Origin: the human T2T-CHM13v2.0 reference genome, Homo sapiens
Assembly (NCBI RefSeq): GCF_009914755.1
Contig: NC_060937.1
DNA length: 64,000 bases
Reading direction: 5' to 3' (one strand)
In this document: piece after piece, positions 33,401 through 45,220 of the stretch
How positions within the stretch are numbered: the stretch's first letter is position 1
Layout: each line of letters starts with the position of its first letter
Notes under the pieces: model-generated
What the model saw: the letters and a program-made list of their open reading frames with translations, nothing else
Databases searched by the model: none
Told to the model about the DNA's origin: nothing
Made by a program: the position numbers and the translations under genes

Positions 33401-36400
33401 TTAAAGGTTTGTAAATTTTGTTTAACTTTTCAAAAAAACAACTTTTTGTTTCATTGATGTTTTGTATTCTTTCATTTCAATTTCATTTATTTCTGCTCTG
33501 ATATTTATTATTTATTTTCTTTTATTAATTTGGGATTTAGTTTTCTCTTGCTTTTCCAATTCTTTAAGATGCATTGTTAGATTGTTTGAAGTTTTTCCTC
33601 TTTTTTGATATAAGCACTTAGAGCTATAAACTTCCCTCTGAGTACTGCTTGGCATGTAGTGTTTCCATTGTCATTTGTTTCAAGAAATTTTTCAGTTTCC
33701 TTCTTAATTTCCTCATTGACTCACTAGTCATTCAGGAGCATATTTTTTTAATTTCCATGTGTTTGTGTAGTTTCCAAAATTCCTCTTGTGATTGATTTCT
33801 AGTTTATTTCATTGTAGTCAGAGAAGATGCTTGATACTATTTCAATATTTTTTAATGTTTTGAGACCTGTTTTGTTACCTAACAAATGGTTTATCCTTAG
33901 GAATGATCTATACGCTGTGGAAAGGAATATGTATTTTGCAGCTCTTGTATGTAATGTTCTGTAAATATCTGTTAGATCCAATTGGTTTATAGTGCAGATT
34001 AAGCCCGATGTTTCTTTGTTGATTTTCTGTCTGGAAGATCTGTCCAATGCTGAAAGTCAGGGGTTGAAGTCTCCAGCTATTATTGTATTGGGGGGCTATC
34101 TCTCTCTTTAGCTATAATAATATTTGTTCTACGTATTTAGGTGTTATCTATTTATATATCTGGGTGTTATATGTATTTAAAATTGTTATATCCTCTTGCT
34201 AAATTGACCCCTTTATCATTTATAGTGACTTTCTTGGTCTCTTCTTATAGTTTTTGTCTTGAAATCTGTTTTGTCTGTTATAAGCATAGCAATTCCTGCT
34301 CTTTTTTTGGTTTCCATTGGCATGGAATATCTTTTTCCATCCCCTTATTTTCAGTCTTTGTGTGTCTTTATAGGTGAAGTGTGTTTTTTGTAGGCAAAAG
34401 ATCAATGGATCTTGTTGTTTCATCTATTCAGCCAGTTTATGTCTTTTGATTGGAGAGTTAGGTCCATTGATATTCAATGTTATTATTGATAAGTAAGGAC
34501 TTATTCCTGCCATTTTTGTTATTTGTTTTTTGGGTGTTTTGTGGCCTTCTTTTCCTTCTTTCTTTCCTTCCTGTCTTCCCCTATGAAGGTGATTTTCTCT
34601 GGTGTTATGAGTTTCTTGCTTTTTATTTTTTGTATATCCATTGTATGATTTTTGGTTTGAGGTTACCATGAGGCTTTCAAATACTACCTTATAACTCATT
34701 ATTTTGACTTGATAACAACTTGACACTATTTGCATACACAAAGAAGAAAAAAGGAAACTAAAAAAACTGTAGACTTTACCTTTGTCCTCCTGCTGTTTAA
34801 CTTTTTGTTGTTTCTATTTATATCTTATTGTACTGATATGTCTTGAAAAGCTGTGGTTATTATTTTTGATTGGTTCATCATTTAGTCTTTTTACTTAGGA
34901 TAAGAGTAGTTTACACACCACAGTTAGAGTGTTATAATATTCTGTGTTGGAAGGGGAACATCACACACAGGGGCCTGTTGTGAGGTTGGGGAGTGGGGGA
35001 TAGTATTAGGAGATATACCTAATGTTAAATGACGAGTTAATGGGTGCAGCACACCAACATGGCACATGTATACATATGTAACAAACCTGCACATTGTGTA
35101 TATGTTCCCTAAAACTTAAAGTATAATACAAAAATAAAAATAAAAATAAATATTCTGTGTTTTTGTGTGTACTTACTATTACCAGTGATTACACCTTCAA
35201 GTGATTATTTATTGCTTACTAATGTCCTTTTCTTTCTGATTGAAGTACTTCATTTAGCATTTATTGTAGGACAGGTCTGGTATTGATGAAATCCCTCAAC
35301 TTTTGTTTGTTTTGTCAGGGAAAGTCTTTATTTATCCTTCATGTTTGAAGTATCTTTTCTCCAGATACACTATTCTAGGGTAAAAGTTTTTTTTTTTCCT
35401 TTAGCACTTTAAATATGTCATGCCACTCTCTCTTGGCCTGTAAGGTTTCCAGTGAAAAGTCTGCTGCCAAATGTATTGGAGTTTCATTGTGTGTTATTTG
35501 TGCTTCTTTCTCTTACTGCTTTTAGGATTCTTTCTTTATTCTTGAGCTTTGGGAGTTTGACTAGTAAATGCCTTGAGGTAGTCTTCTTTGGGTTAAATCT
35601 GCTTGGTTTTCTATAACCTTCTTGTACTTGGATATTGATATCTTTCTGTAGGTTTGGGAAGTTCTCTGTTGTTATCCCTTTGAATAAACATTCTACCTCT
35701 TTGTCTACTACCTCTTTAAGCCACAAAAGGGCAAATCTAAGAGTTATTGGCCTTAAAGAGGCCTATAGGCATGCTTCATTGTTTTTTATTTTTTCTTTTG
35801 TCTTCTGTGACTGTGTATTTTCAAATAGCCTGTCTTCAAGCTCACTAATTCTTTATTCTGTTTGATCCATTCTGCTATTTAAGGGTTCTGATACATCCTT
35901 CAGTATGCCAATTGCATTTTTCAGCTCCAGAATTTCTGTTTGATTGTTCTTAATTATTTCAATCTCTTTGTTAAATTTATCTGATGGAATTCTGAATTCT
36001 TTCTTCGTGATATCCTGAATTTATTTGAGTTTCCTCAAAATAGCTATTTTGAATTATCTGTCTGAAAGGTCACATATCTCTGTTTCTCCAGGATTGGTCC
36101 CTGGTGTCTTATTTAGCTCATTTGGTGAAGTCGTGTTTTCCTGGATGGTGTTAATGCTAGTAGATGTTCTTTGGTGTCTAAGCATTGAAGAGTTAGGTAT
36201 TTATTGTAGTCTTCAGTGTCTAGGCTTATTTGTAGCCATCATTTTGGGAATGCTTTCCAGATATTTGAAAGGACCTGGGTGTTGTGATCTAAGGTGTATC
36301 ACTTTAGGGGGCTCCCCAAGCCCAGTAACAATGTGGTTCTTATAGGATCATAGAGGTACCACCTTGATGGTCTTGGACAAGATCTGGGATAATTCTTGGG

Positions 36401-37500
36401 ATTACCAGGCAGAGACTCTTGTTCTCGTTCCTTACTTTCTCCCAAACAAACAGAGTTTCTCTCTCTCTCTGTTCTGCGCCACCTAAAGCTGGGGGTGGAG
36501 TGACACAAGCACCCCTGTGGCCACCCCCACTATGACTGCACTGGGTCAGACCTGAAGCTGTGTCTCACCCAAGGCCTGCTGTAATGACTCCCTGGCTACT
36601 GCCTATGTTCACTGGAGGCTCTGGGGCTCTACAATCAGCAGGTAACAAAGCCAGCGGCCTTTGTCCTTCCCTTCAGGGCAGTGAGGTCTCTTGGCCCCAT
36701 GTGGGTCCAGAGGTATCATCCAGGAGTCAGGGATTAGAGTCAAAAACCTTAGAAGTCTACTTGCTGCAGTATTGTATTGTGGTTGAGCTGGCACTCAAAC
36801 CACAAGACATAGTCCTTCCCACTTTTCCTTCCCTTTTTCCAAAGGCAGAGTAGCCCCACTCAGTAGCCACCACCACCACAGACCATGAGGAGTACTGTTA
36901 GACTACCAGCCAATGTTTCCATAAGGCCCAAGGGCTTTTAAGTCAACTTGTGGTGAATGCTGCCTGGCCTGGGACTCACCCTTCAGGGCAATGGGCTACC
37001 CTTTTGCCCAGGGCAGGTCAAGAAGTACCTTCCAAGAATCAAGTCCTGGAATTGGGGACCCCAAGAGCCCACTTGGTCTCTTCCCTGCTGTGACCATGGT
37101 GGTGCCTGAAGCCACCAAGTCTCAGAGGCTCACCCAAGGCCCTTGATGTAGTATCTGGGTATTGTTGCTGGTTATTCAGGGACCAAGGACTCTTCAGCTA
37201 GCAGGTGATGAATGCTGTCAGGACTGGCTCCTTTCCTTCAAGACAACAAATTCCTTTCAGGTCCAAGTTGTGTCTAGAAATGTTGTCTGGGAGCTAGGGC
37301 CTGGAACAAGGGCCTCACGACTCTGTCTGGTGCCCTATCCTGCAGTGGCTCGGCTGGTATCCAAGATGTAAGACGAAGTCCACCCCAATTTTCCTCTCCT
37401 CTCCTCAAGCAAAGAAAGGGGTCTCTCTTGGAGCTGCAAGCGCAGCCTAGGGTGAGGGGAAGGGTGATGCGAGCACTCCCTTGGCTGCCCCAGCTGTTGT
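30454..37500 (-). mobile_element. L1MA2/3-like LINE, ~7 kb, degenerate, 3' terminus missing (element A)
   Basis: ORF1 (ENFPNL..DINIQVQE), endonuclease and RT (PLLFNIV, FADDMI) peptides in the ORF track; GC-richer 5'UTR at ~36.3-37.5 kb; many frameshifts. Confidence 0.93.
34949..35148 (+). mobile_element. L1PA (PA4-like) 3' terminal 200 bp nested in element A
   Basis: aatgttaaatgacgagttaatgggtgcagcacaccaacatgg; TSD AATATTCTGTGTT at 34936 and 35149. Confidence 0.92.
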
Positions 37501-37504
37501 AGTA

Positions 37505-37970
37505 CATTTCTTTTTATTCATCCTACTTGGAATTTGCTGTGCTTCCTGAATCTCAAGAATGGATGCCTTTAATCCATCCTGGAAATTCACATAACATAAA
37601 ATTCCCTATTGTAAATTAATTCAGTGGCTTAACTCTTATATTTTGAAATATTATCTCTTCCCTATTCTATTCATGCTCTCTTTCAGGAACTCCAAGTTAT
37701 ATTAGATTTTCTTATTCGATCCTCAGTGATTCTTAATCTCTCTTTCATGGTTTCTGTCTTTTTGCCTGTTTGTGCTATAATATGTATAATTTCTTCAGTT
37801 CTGTCTTTAAGTTCAATAAATTGCACTTCAACTGTGTCTATTCTGTTGTTTAGCCAATCTATTGAATTGCTTTCAGTGATAATATTTTAATTTTTAGAAG
37901 TTACACATTTGATTCTTTTCTGAAACCTTCTGGTCATTGCCTATGCTTTCTTCATATTTTTGATACCTTT
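37505..37970 (-). mobile_element. Old L1 (L1ME-like) ORF1 fragments
   Basis: gtgcttcctgaatct, ttcaggaactccaa, ttcaactgtgtctattctg motifs. Confidence 0.5.
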
Positions 37971-38025
37971 GGAGGAACCATGTTGAAATGGACACCTGGC
38001 TTCTTTAACATTTATTTTCTATTTA

Positions 38026-38506
<481 letters not shown>

Positions 38507-39651
38507 TCAGTTTTTATTTTTCTTTTCTACCCAGAGCAAAAGAGTATAGTCCTTCGAGTGTACTAATGTGTTTTGGGGCCTGGAATCTAACTCAGCTTTG
38601 TTCAGGCCAAAGGTCTTTCCTTTTTGCTCCAGAACAGTCATTAAAATCCAAGGCTCTTTTTACTGTATTTGAGGTGTTTTTGTGTAGGAATAGTTTTTCA
38701 GTGCATGCCATATCACTAAAAGGAACTAAAGTCTTTGACAGTGGAATAACTCCTGGACAATTTTATATTAAATATACAAATAAATCAGGAGTTGTGATTT
38801 TAAAACCACATGAAGTCAGGTTGTATTTTCTTAGCACTTTCGGGTAAAGAACAAAAATAAAAACAATTTCATGTGTGATAAAAGTAATTGGGAAGAGGTG
38901 TATTTTAGGATAATATGGATATGATAGCCATAAGAAAAATCATACGGTTTTATCCTTACTAATAAATAACATTGCTTAAAGGGTTAGCACCCTAAAAAAT
39001 TTATCTTCTTGTGTATTGTTAAAGGAATTTGGCTCTGATGCATGAGTATGAACATCTATTAACACAATGAAATTAGTCCACAGCAGAACTGTTAGTTTAA
39101 GCCATGTTTGGCCAACACATATCTTCCTTGAAAAAGAATTAGACTAAAAGAGATGATTATCCCTTAAAAGCCATTTAGCACAACCCACATCTCATACCTT
39201 AATTTGTAATTTTTCATACAAATTCAGTTCTTTTCAGTAGTTTGGTGAATGGTATGTCACTTTTTAGATGGCAGCACTTATTTTTGAAGATCGCTATTAA
39301 GTAGAAGAAAACTGGCTACTTTCTATGTAAATATTTTGTTAAATATTTATAGCTCTCTCTAGAAGTTCTCCATCCGTTTCCATGACAGAGTCTAGCAGTA
39401 GATGTACCCAAAAAAATCTCCCAGGAATATCTTGTTTAGACTTATTTTGGGGAACCACTAACTCATCCTTATGGGTCCAGAGGGAAGCTATGGGCAGAGT
39501 CCCATGAGCCAGCTTCTGCACTTGAGAGTATGTAGAACCCCTGGGGGAGTGGAGGGGGATCCTAATATCAGGGAGAAAAGCTCTCCTTGTCTATAAACAT
39601 GAAAAGTGAAACAAATGTTGACTTTCAGGGTGCTTAGTGATAAATCAGTTC

Positions 39652-39690
39652 AGAAGAAGAAGAAGGAGGAGAAGGAGAAGGAGGGGAAGG

Positions 39691-39723
<33 letters not shown>

Positions 39724-39938
39724 GGAAGAAAAAGAAGAGGAAGAAGAAGAAGAGGAATAAGAAGGAGGAGGAGAAGAAGAAGAAAGAAGAGGAAGAAGAG
39801 GTAGAAGAAGAAGAAGGAGAAGGAGAAGAAGAAGGAGAAGGAGAAGGAGAGGAAGAAGAAGAAGAAGAAGAAGAAGAAGAAGAAGAAGAAGAAGAAGAAG
39901 AAGAAGAAGAAGAAGAAGAAGAAGAAGAAGAAGAAGAA
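39652..39938. repeat. GAA/GAG polypurine tract ending in pure (GAA)29
   Basis: Uninterrupted GAA from 39852 to 39938. Confidence 0.97.
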
Positions 39939-41464
39939 TTAAAGAAACAAAGCTCTAGCTTTTGCTGATCAAATACCTTGAGGTCAGTGGAGGCTTCAGA
40001 GCTAGACTAGCTCTTTAATCCCGTCTTCATGTAACATCACTAGGTATTCTCTTACCCTTGTATGATCCCTGCTACAGGCTTAAAATGACTTTTGTGAAAT
40101 TTATCTGGTGTCTAAGTGTTTGGTTTCGGGAGAGTTTAAAAACAAAACAAAAACCAAAACGTGAATGCTCTATTGCCAGAGGCAGACTATCTTAGCCATC
40201 TTGTATCCCTTATTCTGAATATTTAGTAGGTAACCATGATGTTTTTTGTTAAATTCAATAACAAGCACATTAATCTAATCATTGTTAAAAACAGAAGTGA
40301 GAGAGATACTATCAGCTTTATTTTTGAGCAGTGGTTTATCCCAAATACATGTGTTTTATCAGCTACCCTTTCTGTTTATAATCTGGCTTTGGAATTCCAG
40401 AAGACCATATAATTAAGAGAAATAATAATCAAAACAGCACCATATAACCTTTTTATTTTCTTTCCAAAGCAAATTTAGATAATATATTACTTTTTGTAAC
40501 TTGGTACCTTTTCCAGAATGCTTTTCTTTGCCCCAGCAGCAAATAACAACAAAATCCCTGAAGCCTCCAAATATTGGAAACTATTTTTCTTGGAGTTTCC
40601 ATGGTATCTCCTTAATGTAAGTGGATCTGAAAAGGCTTTGCAGATAAATATGTGAAAATAAATTTTATATCACTTCTAAAATCTGGCACGGGAAATTATC
40701 TCTAAAGACATTCATCTCATTGACTTGGCAGTTTTATTAAACTTTAATCACCATTTAAATATTTTCATTATTGAAGAGTGCATGTTCCCATAAGGTAAAG
40801 ATTCAGCTACCCAGAGCTTGAAGGATAAATATATAAGTTCCACAAAGGTCTTATAACCCTTAGACACAGTTGAGTAATAATGCAGAATTAAATAGTGCTG
40901 TCAGCACTGAATCTATCAGTGAGAACAACGAGAGTCAAAGTGGGTGACATATTTCAACAAATGGTATCAGTAGAATATTATAAGAATCAGGATAGCTCAG
41001 AAGACTAAGCTTCATATCTAATTAATCCTGAAACATTATTTAATTGCCCAAATTAAATAATACTATTTCATGTTCCTAATTTCATAGGGGAAGGAGACCC
41101 ATTCTAAAGAGATCTTAGTCTGGCCTTTTAAAAAGTCATCCTCATTCAGGACAGTTATTCAATTTCTTTTTAATTCTTCATTTCAAAGAGGAATAATTAT
41201 GTCTACTTATTTTGAGTAATAAGTTATTGTATAATGTGTTCTAAGTGAAACTTAATTAGTAAGTCACCAGTCACATTTAGTGAAAATAGAAAACATACTT
41301 CCCTTTGTTTTCAGAAATAAGTAATTGCTTTTGTCAGTCCACAGAAAGCTGTTGACCATCTGCTATTCCTAATACTTTGAACACTGTGGAAAAAGTGTCA
41401 GAAGTAGAATAATAGTGCATTTATGATTGTTCTGGGAAACAAGAAACCAAGAATTGGACAAATT

Positions 41465-41768
41465 GTCTGGGTGCAGTGGCTCATGCCTGTAATCCCAGCA
41501 CTTTGGGAGACCAAGGAAGGAGGATTACCTGAGGTCAGGAGTTTGATACCAGCCTGGCCAACATGGTGAAACCCTGTCTCTACTAAAAATACAAAAAAGA
41601 AAATTAGCTGGGTGTGGTAGTGCACGCCTATAATCCCAGCTATTCGGGAGGCTGAGGCAGGAGAATTGCTTGAATCTGGAAAGTGGAGGTTTCAGTGAGC
41701 CAAAATAATATCACTACACTCCAGCCTGGGTGACAGAGTGAGACTCCATCTCAAAAAAAAAAAAAAAG
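41465..41768 (+). mobile_element. AluSx-like
   Basis: TSD GAATTGGACAAAT at 41451 and 41769. Confidence 0.95.
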
Positions 41769-43203
41769 GAATTGGACAAATGAAATATGTAGACATAGTC
41801 ACTGCCTATGAGCCAAAATACAAATTTTTCTTTTAAATGTTAACATTACGTTGAAAAAGAAAAGAAACTGTATTTTCCTTAGTTTCATTATGATAGAGAT
41901 ATAACAATATTTTAATTAAAATGTATAAAAAGAATAATAATCTAATTCAGGGTAAAAATGCTAATGTACACAGAGAGCTTATGGTGTGACCTGAGTTTGC
42001 ACAGGTGAGTGAGCTGTAGTTCTTTTCCAACAGAAGTCCATGTGCGGATCTGGACCTTTCCAGGTAGCAGTTCTGACCATGGCCTTCTAGCATGCACTCT
42101 CCTGGCTCACACCACCCCACAGATTGAGAAGAAAGCTTTCTCTGCCAATAATCCCATCATTTCTTTGTGATACACATTAAGTAAGACTCACTGAATTACT
42201 TCAGTGAAATCTTTGTTAAATGGGCCTTTGTGTATATGGTACTGTGTTTGGTTGCTTGTATTCAGAAATTAATCACATTGATAATGCGTCTGCTCCATGA
42301 AAATCTGTATTACTGTATTAGTTATCACACAATAATACAAAGGGAAAAGAAACCAATTTAGTAAAAACACAGACTATGTTATTCATAGATTTGAACTGAA
42401 GGATAATTACTGAAAGCTAAGCTTTTAAAATAATATATATGCTGATTAAAAGGCAACCCTAAATATGAGGTGGCTCTCTGTTTTCATAATGGAAAAATAC
42501 AAAAAGCTTTTTGGTCAACATGAATATATGAACACAATGGATGTTAACAAAATAGTCAATGTTTACTTGAGCTAGTTAATATGAATCTGCTTATACAATT
42601 ATATTTGAAATAATATTATAAAAATGTGCCAATTTTGAAATATTTCTTCTCATTTCAGAAATAATTTTACTCAAATTTTCTTCAAATTCTTGAAGACAAG
42701 AGTCTTCATTATCAGAAGAGCCACTGTTTGAGCCATCTAATTTTTTCCAATTTTAAGTATCTTGAGATAAAACAACTTTTAAGATAAAATACCTTTGGAT
42801 TGGCATATGATACTATAATTGTAAGTTTTATTCCAAAACAAAGTAGCCAATTGTGAAACAGTAGAACAATTGTTTTTCATTGTCCTATGAGACTTACATT
42901 TGTTATCTCCACAAAGCAAAGGTGAGTTGCTTTATGAAAAACTGATCTTAGTAATCTTGTTTATATCCATATCCCAGCACTACAATTTGAAGGTCCTACC
43001 TGGAAGAATAATTACCAAATCTGTACTAAAAGGCTTTGTCTTTTTATTAGCTCAGTTAGATGACCTTTTAAGATTCCCCATATAGCTCTAATTGACATCT
43101 TTTCAGGCTAATTTGTCTTTCCTAAATAATTTGTAATTAAAATAGAATAATTGGAAGAATACTTCCATCAAACAAGAATCTTGGAGAGGGCTTGGATATT
43201 AAG

Positions 43204-43568
43204 TGTCTTAGTTCATTTGGGCTGCCACAGCAGAATACCATAGAGTGAGTACCTTATAAACAACAAATATTTATTTCTCATAGTTCTGGAAATTGGGAAC
43301 TCCAATATCAAGGTGCCTGTAGATTCAGTGTCTGGTGAGGACCCGCTTCCTTATTCATAGTGGCAGTCTTCTCATTGTGTCTTCACAGAGCAGAAGGGGA
43401 GAGGGAGATCTCTGGGGTCTCTTTTATGAAGACACTAGTCCCATTCATGAGGTTTCCTCCCTCATGACCTAATCAACTCCTAAAGACTCAGTCTCCTAAT
43501 GCCATCACCTTGGAAGTTAGGATTTCGACATATGAATTTGAGGGGACATAAACATTTAGTCTATAGCG
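43204..43568 (-). mobile_element. MLT1A0-like MaLR solo LTR
   Basis: TGTCTTAGTTCATTTGGGCTG...GTCTATAGCG; TSD TTAAG at 43199 and 43569. Confidence 0.88.
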
Positions 43569-43767
43569 TTAAGTAACTCTTTTTCTCTGAGGACTAATTT
43601 GGTAAAACACAAAAACAAACAACATTCTTCAAATAACCTGGTCTATATTTTGGCTTAACAGTTACTCACATTTTGTTGTAGTTTTGTCTTTGGTATTATT
43701 GTTCTTTAGGGTAAAGTTTTTCAATCATTGAAGCCACAGAAAATCTTTAAGGTATTTACCATATTCA

Positions 43768-44136
43768 TGTTTAACCATTTACACACTGCTATAAAGAAAT
43801 GCCTGAGACTGGGTAATTTATAAAGGAAAGAGGTTTAATTGACTTGAAGTTCTGCATGGCTGGGGAGGCCTCAGAAAATTTAGAATTGTTGCAGAAGGTG
43901 AAGGGAAAGCAGGCACCTTCTTCACAAGGCAGCAGGAAGGAGGAGAGGAGGGAAAACTGCCATTTATAAAGCCATTAGATCTCGTGAGAATTCACTTGCT
44001 ATCATGAAAACAACATAGGGGAAATCACCCTATGATCCAATCATCTCCCACCAGGACCCTCCCTCAACATGTGGGGATTATGGGAATTACAATTTGAGCT
44101 GAGATTTGGGTGGGGACACAGAACCAAACTATATCA
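43768..44136 (-). mobile_element. MSTA/THE1D-like MaLR LTR
   Basis: cctgagactgggtaatttataaaggaaagaggtttaattgac...gggtggggacacagaaccaaactatatca. Confidence 0.88.
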
Positions 44137-44144
44137 ACATGGCA

Positions 44145-44632
44145 TGGTGGTTTTAACCATGCCTACAAATTCTTTGACACTACTCCTATAAAAAGATAGA
44201 ACCCAATTCCGCTTCTCTTGAATATAAGCCAACCTAAGTGACTCAAGTTTAACAAATGAAATGTTCTGAAAGTGACATTGTGTGAGTTCTGAGGCTAGGT
44301 TGGAAAAGGCAAGATAGTGTCTGCCTGGTGATCTTTTTATGTTTCTGTCTATCCCTGTCTCTGAACCAGTGCCATGTTTTGAGGAAACCCAGGCTCCATG
44401 GAGAGGCCAATAGCCAAGACTAAGGTCTCAGCCAAAAGCAAGCATCATCTGCCAGATATGTAAGTGAATGAGCCATCAGATGATTCCCGTGGCTAGTCTT
44501 TGAGCTGCCTCAGCTAACATCAAGTAGAACTCTGACCATCTTGTAGATTTGTGAGCAAAATACATACTGTTGTTGTTTTAAGTTACTAAGTTTTTGAGGT
44601 GGTTTGTTATGCAACAGAAGATAACCAAAACA
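44145..44632 (+). mobile_element. MLT1G/H-like MaLR LTR
   Basis: caaattctttgacactactcc...gtttgttatgcaacagaagataaccaaaaca. Confidence 0.75.
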
Positions 44633-44806
44633 CACAGATCACAGGACTACAGAACAGTATGTGTCTTACAGAGTAAATGCTTAATAAAGAATTCCCAAAT
44701 GAATAAACACATGAATATGATTATAGTAAATCAAAGTGAATATAATTTCCATTTTCCAATGGCAACACTGATACATTTTTTTCTGACATCATTATTCCCA
44801 AAATGC

Positions 44807-45104
44807 TGTTATGGACTTAACTGTGCCTCCCTCCCAAATTCCTGTGTTGAAGCCCAAACCTCCAGTGTGACTGTATTTGGAGATAGGGCCTTTAAAGTGG
44901 TAATTAAGGGTAAATGACATCATAAGGATGGGGCCCTAGTCCAACAGAACTGTGTGTGGCCTTATAAGAAAAGGAAGAGACACCAGGGATGTATGCACAG
45001 AGAAAAAGCCATGTGAGGACGGGGTAAGAAGACAGCCATTTGCAAACCAAGGAGAGAAGCCTCAGGAGAAACCAAACCTGCTGAATCCTTGATCTTGAAA
45101 TGCC
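44807..45104 (+). mobile_element. MLT1A-like LTR, 3'-truncated
   Basis: tgttatggacttaactgtg...gtgactgtatttggagatagggcc...gatcttgaaatgcc, then an abrupt junction. Confidence 0.85.
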
Positions 45105-45220
45105 AGTTCTGGAAATTGGGAACTCCAATATCAAGGTGCCTGTAGATTCAGTGTCTGGTGAGGACCCACTTCCTTATTCATAGTGGCAGTCTTCTCATTG
45201 TGTCTTCACAGAGCAGAAGG
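45105..45220 (+). repeat. 116-bp direct copy of 43282-43397
   Basis: 115/116 identical; the one difference is G43345/A45168. Confidence 0.95.

Noticed and set aside
39606-39968. 120-aa Lys/Glu-rich ORF
   Set aside because: It is the translation of the GAA/GAG tract, starts at GTG and has no gene context.
40894-40908. AGTGCTG-T-CAGCACT palindrome (MARE-like)
   Set aside because: Spacing is wrong for a full MARE, and 7-bp arms are expected by chance in 64 kb.
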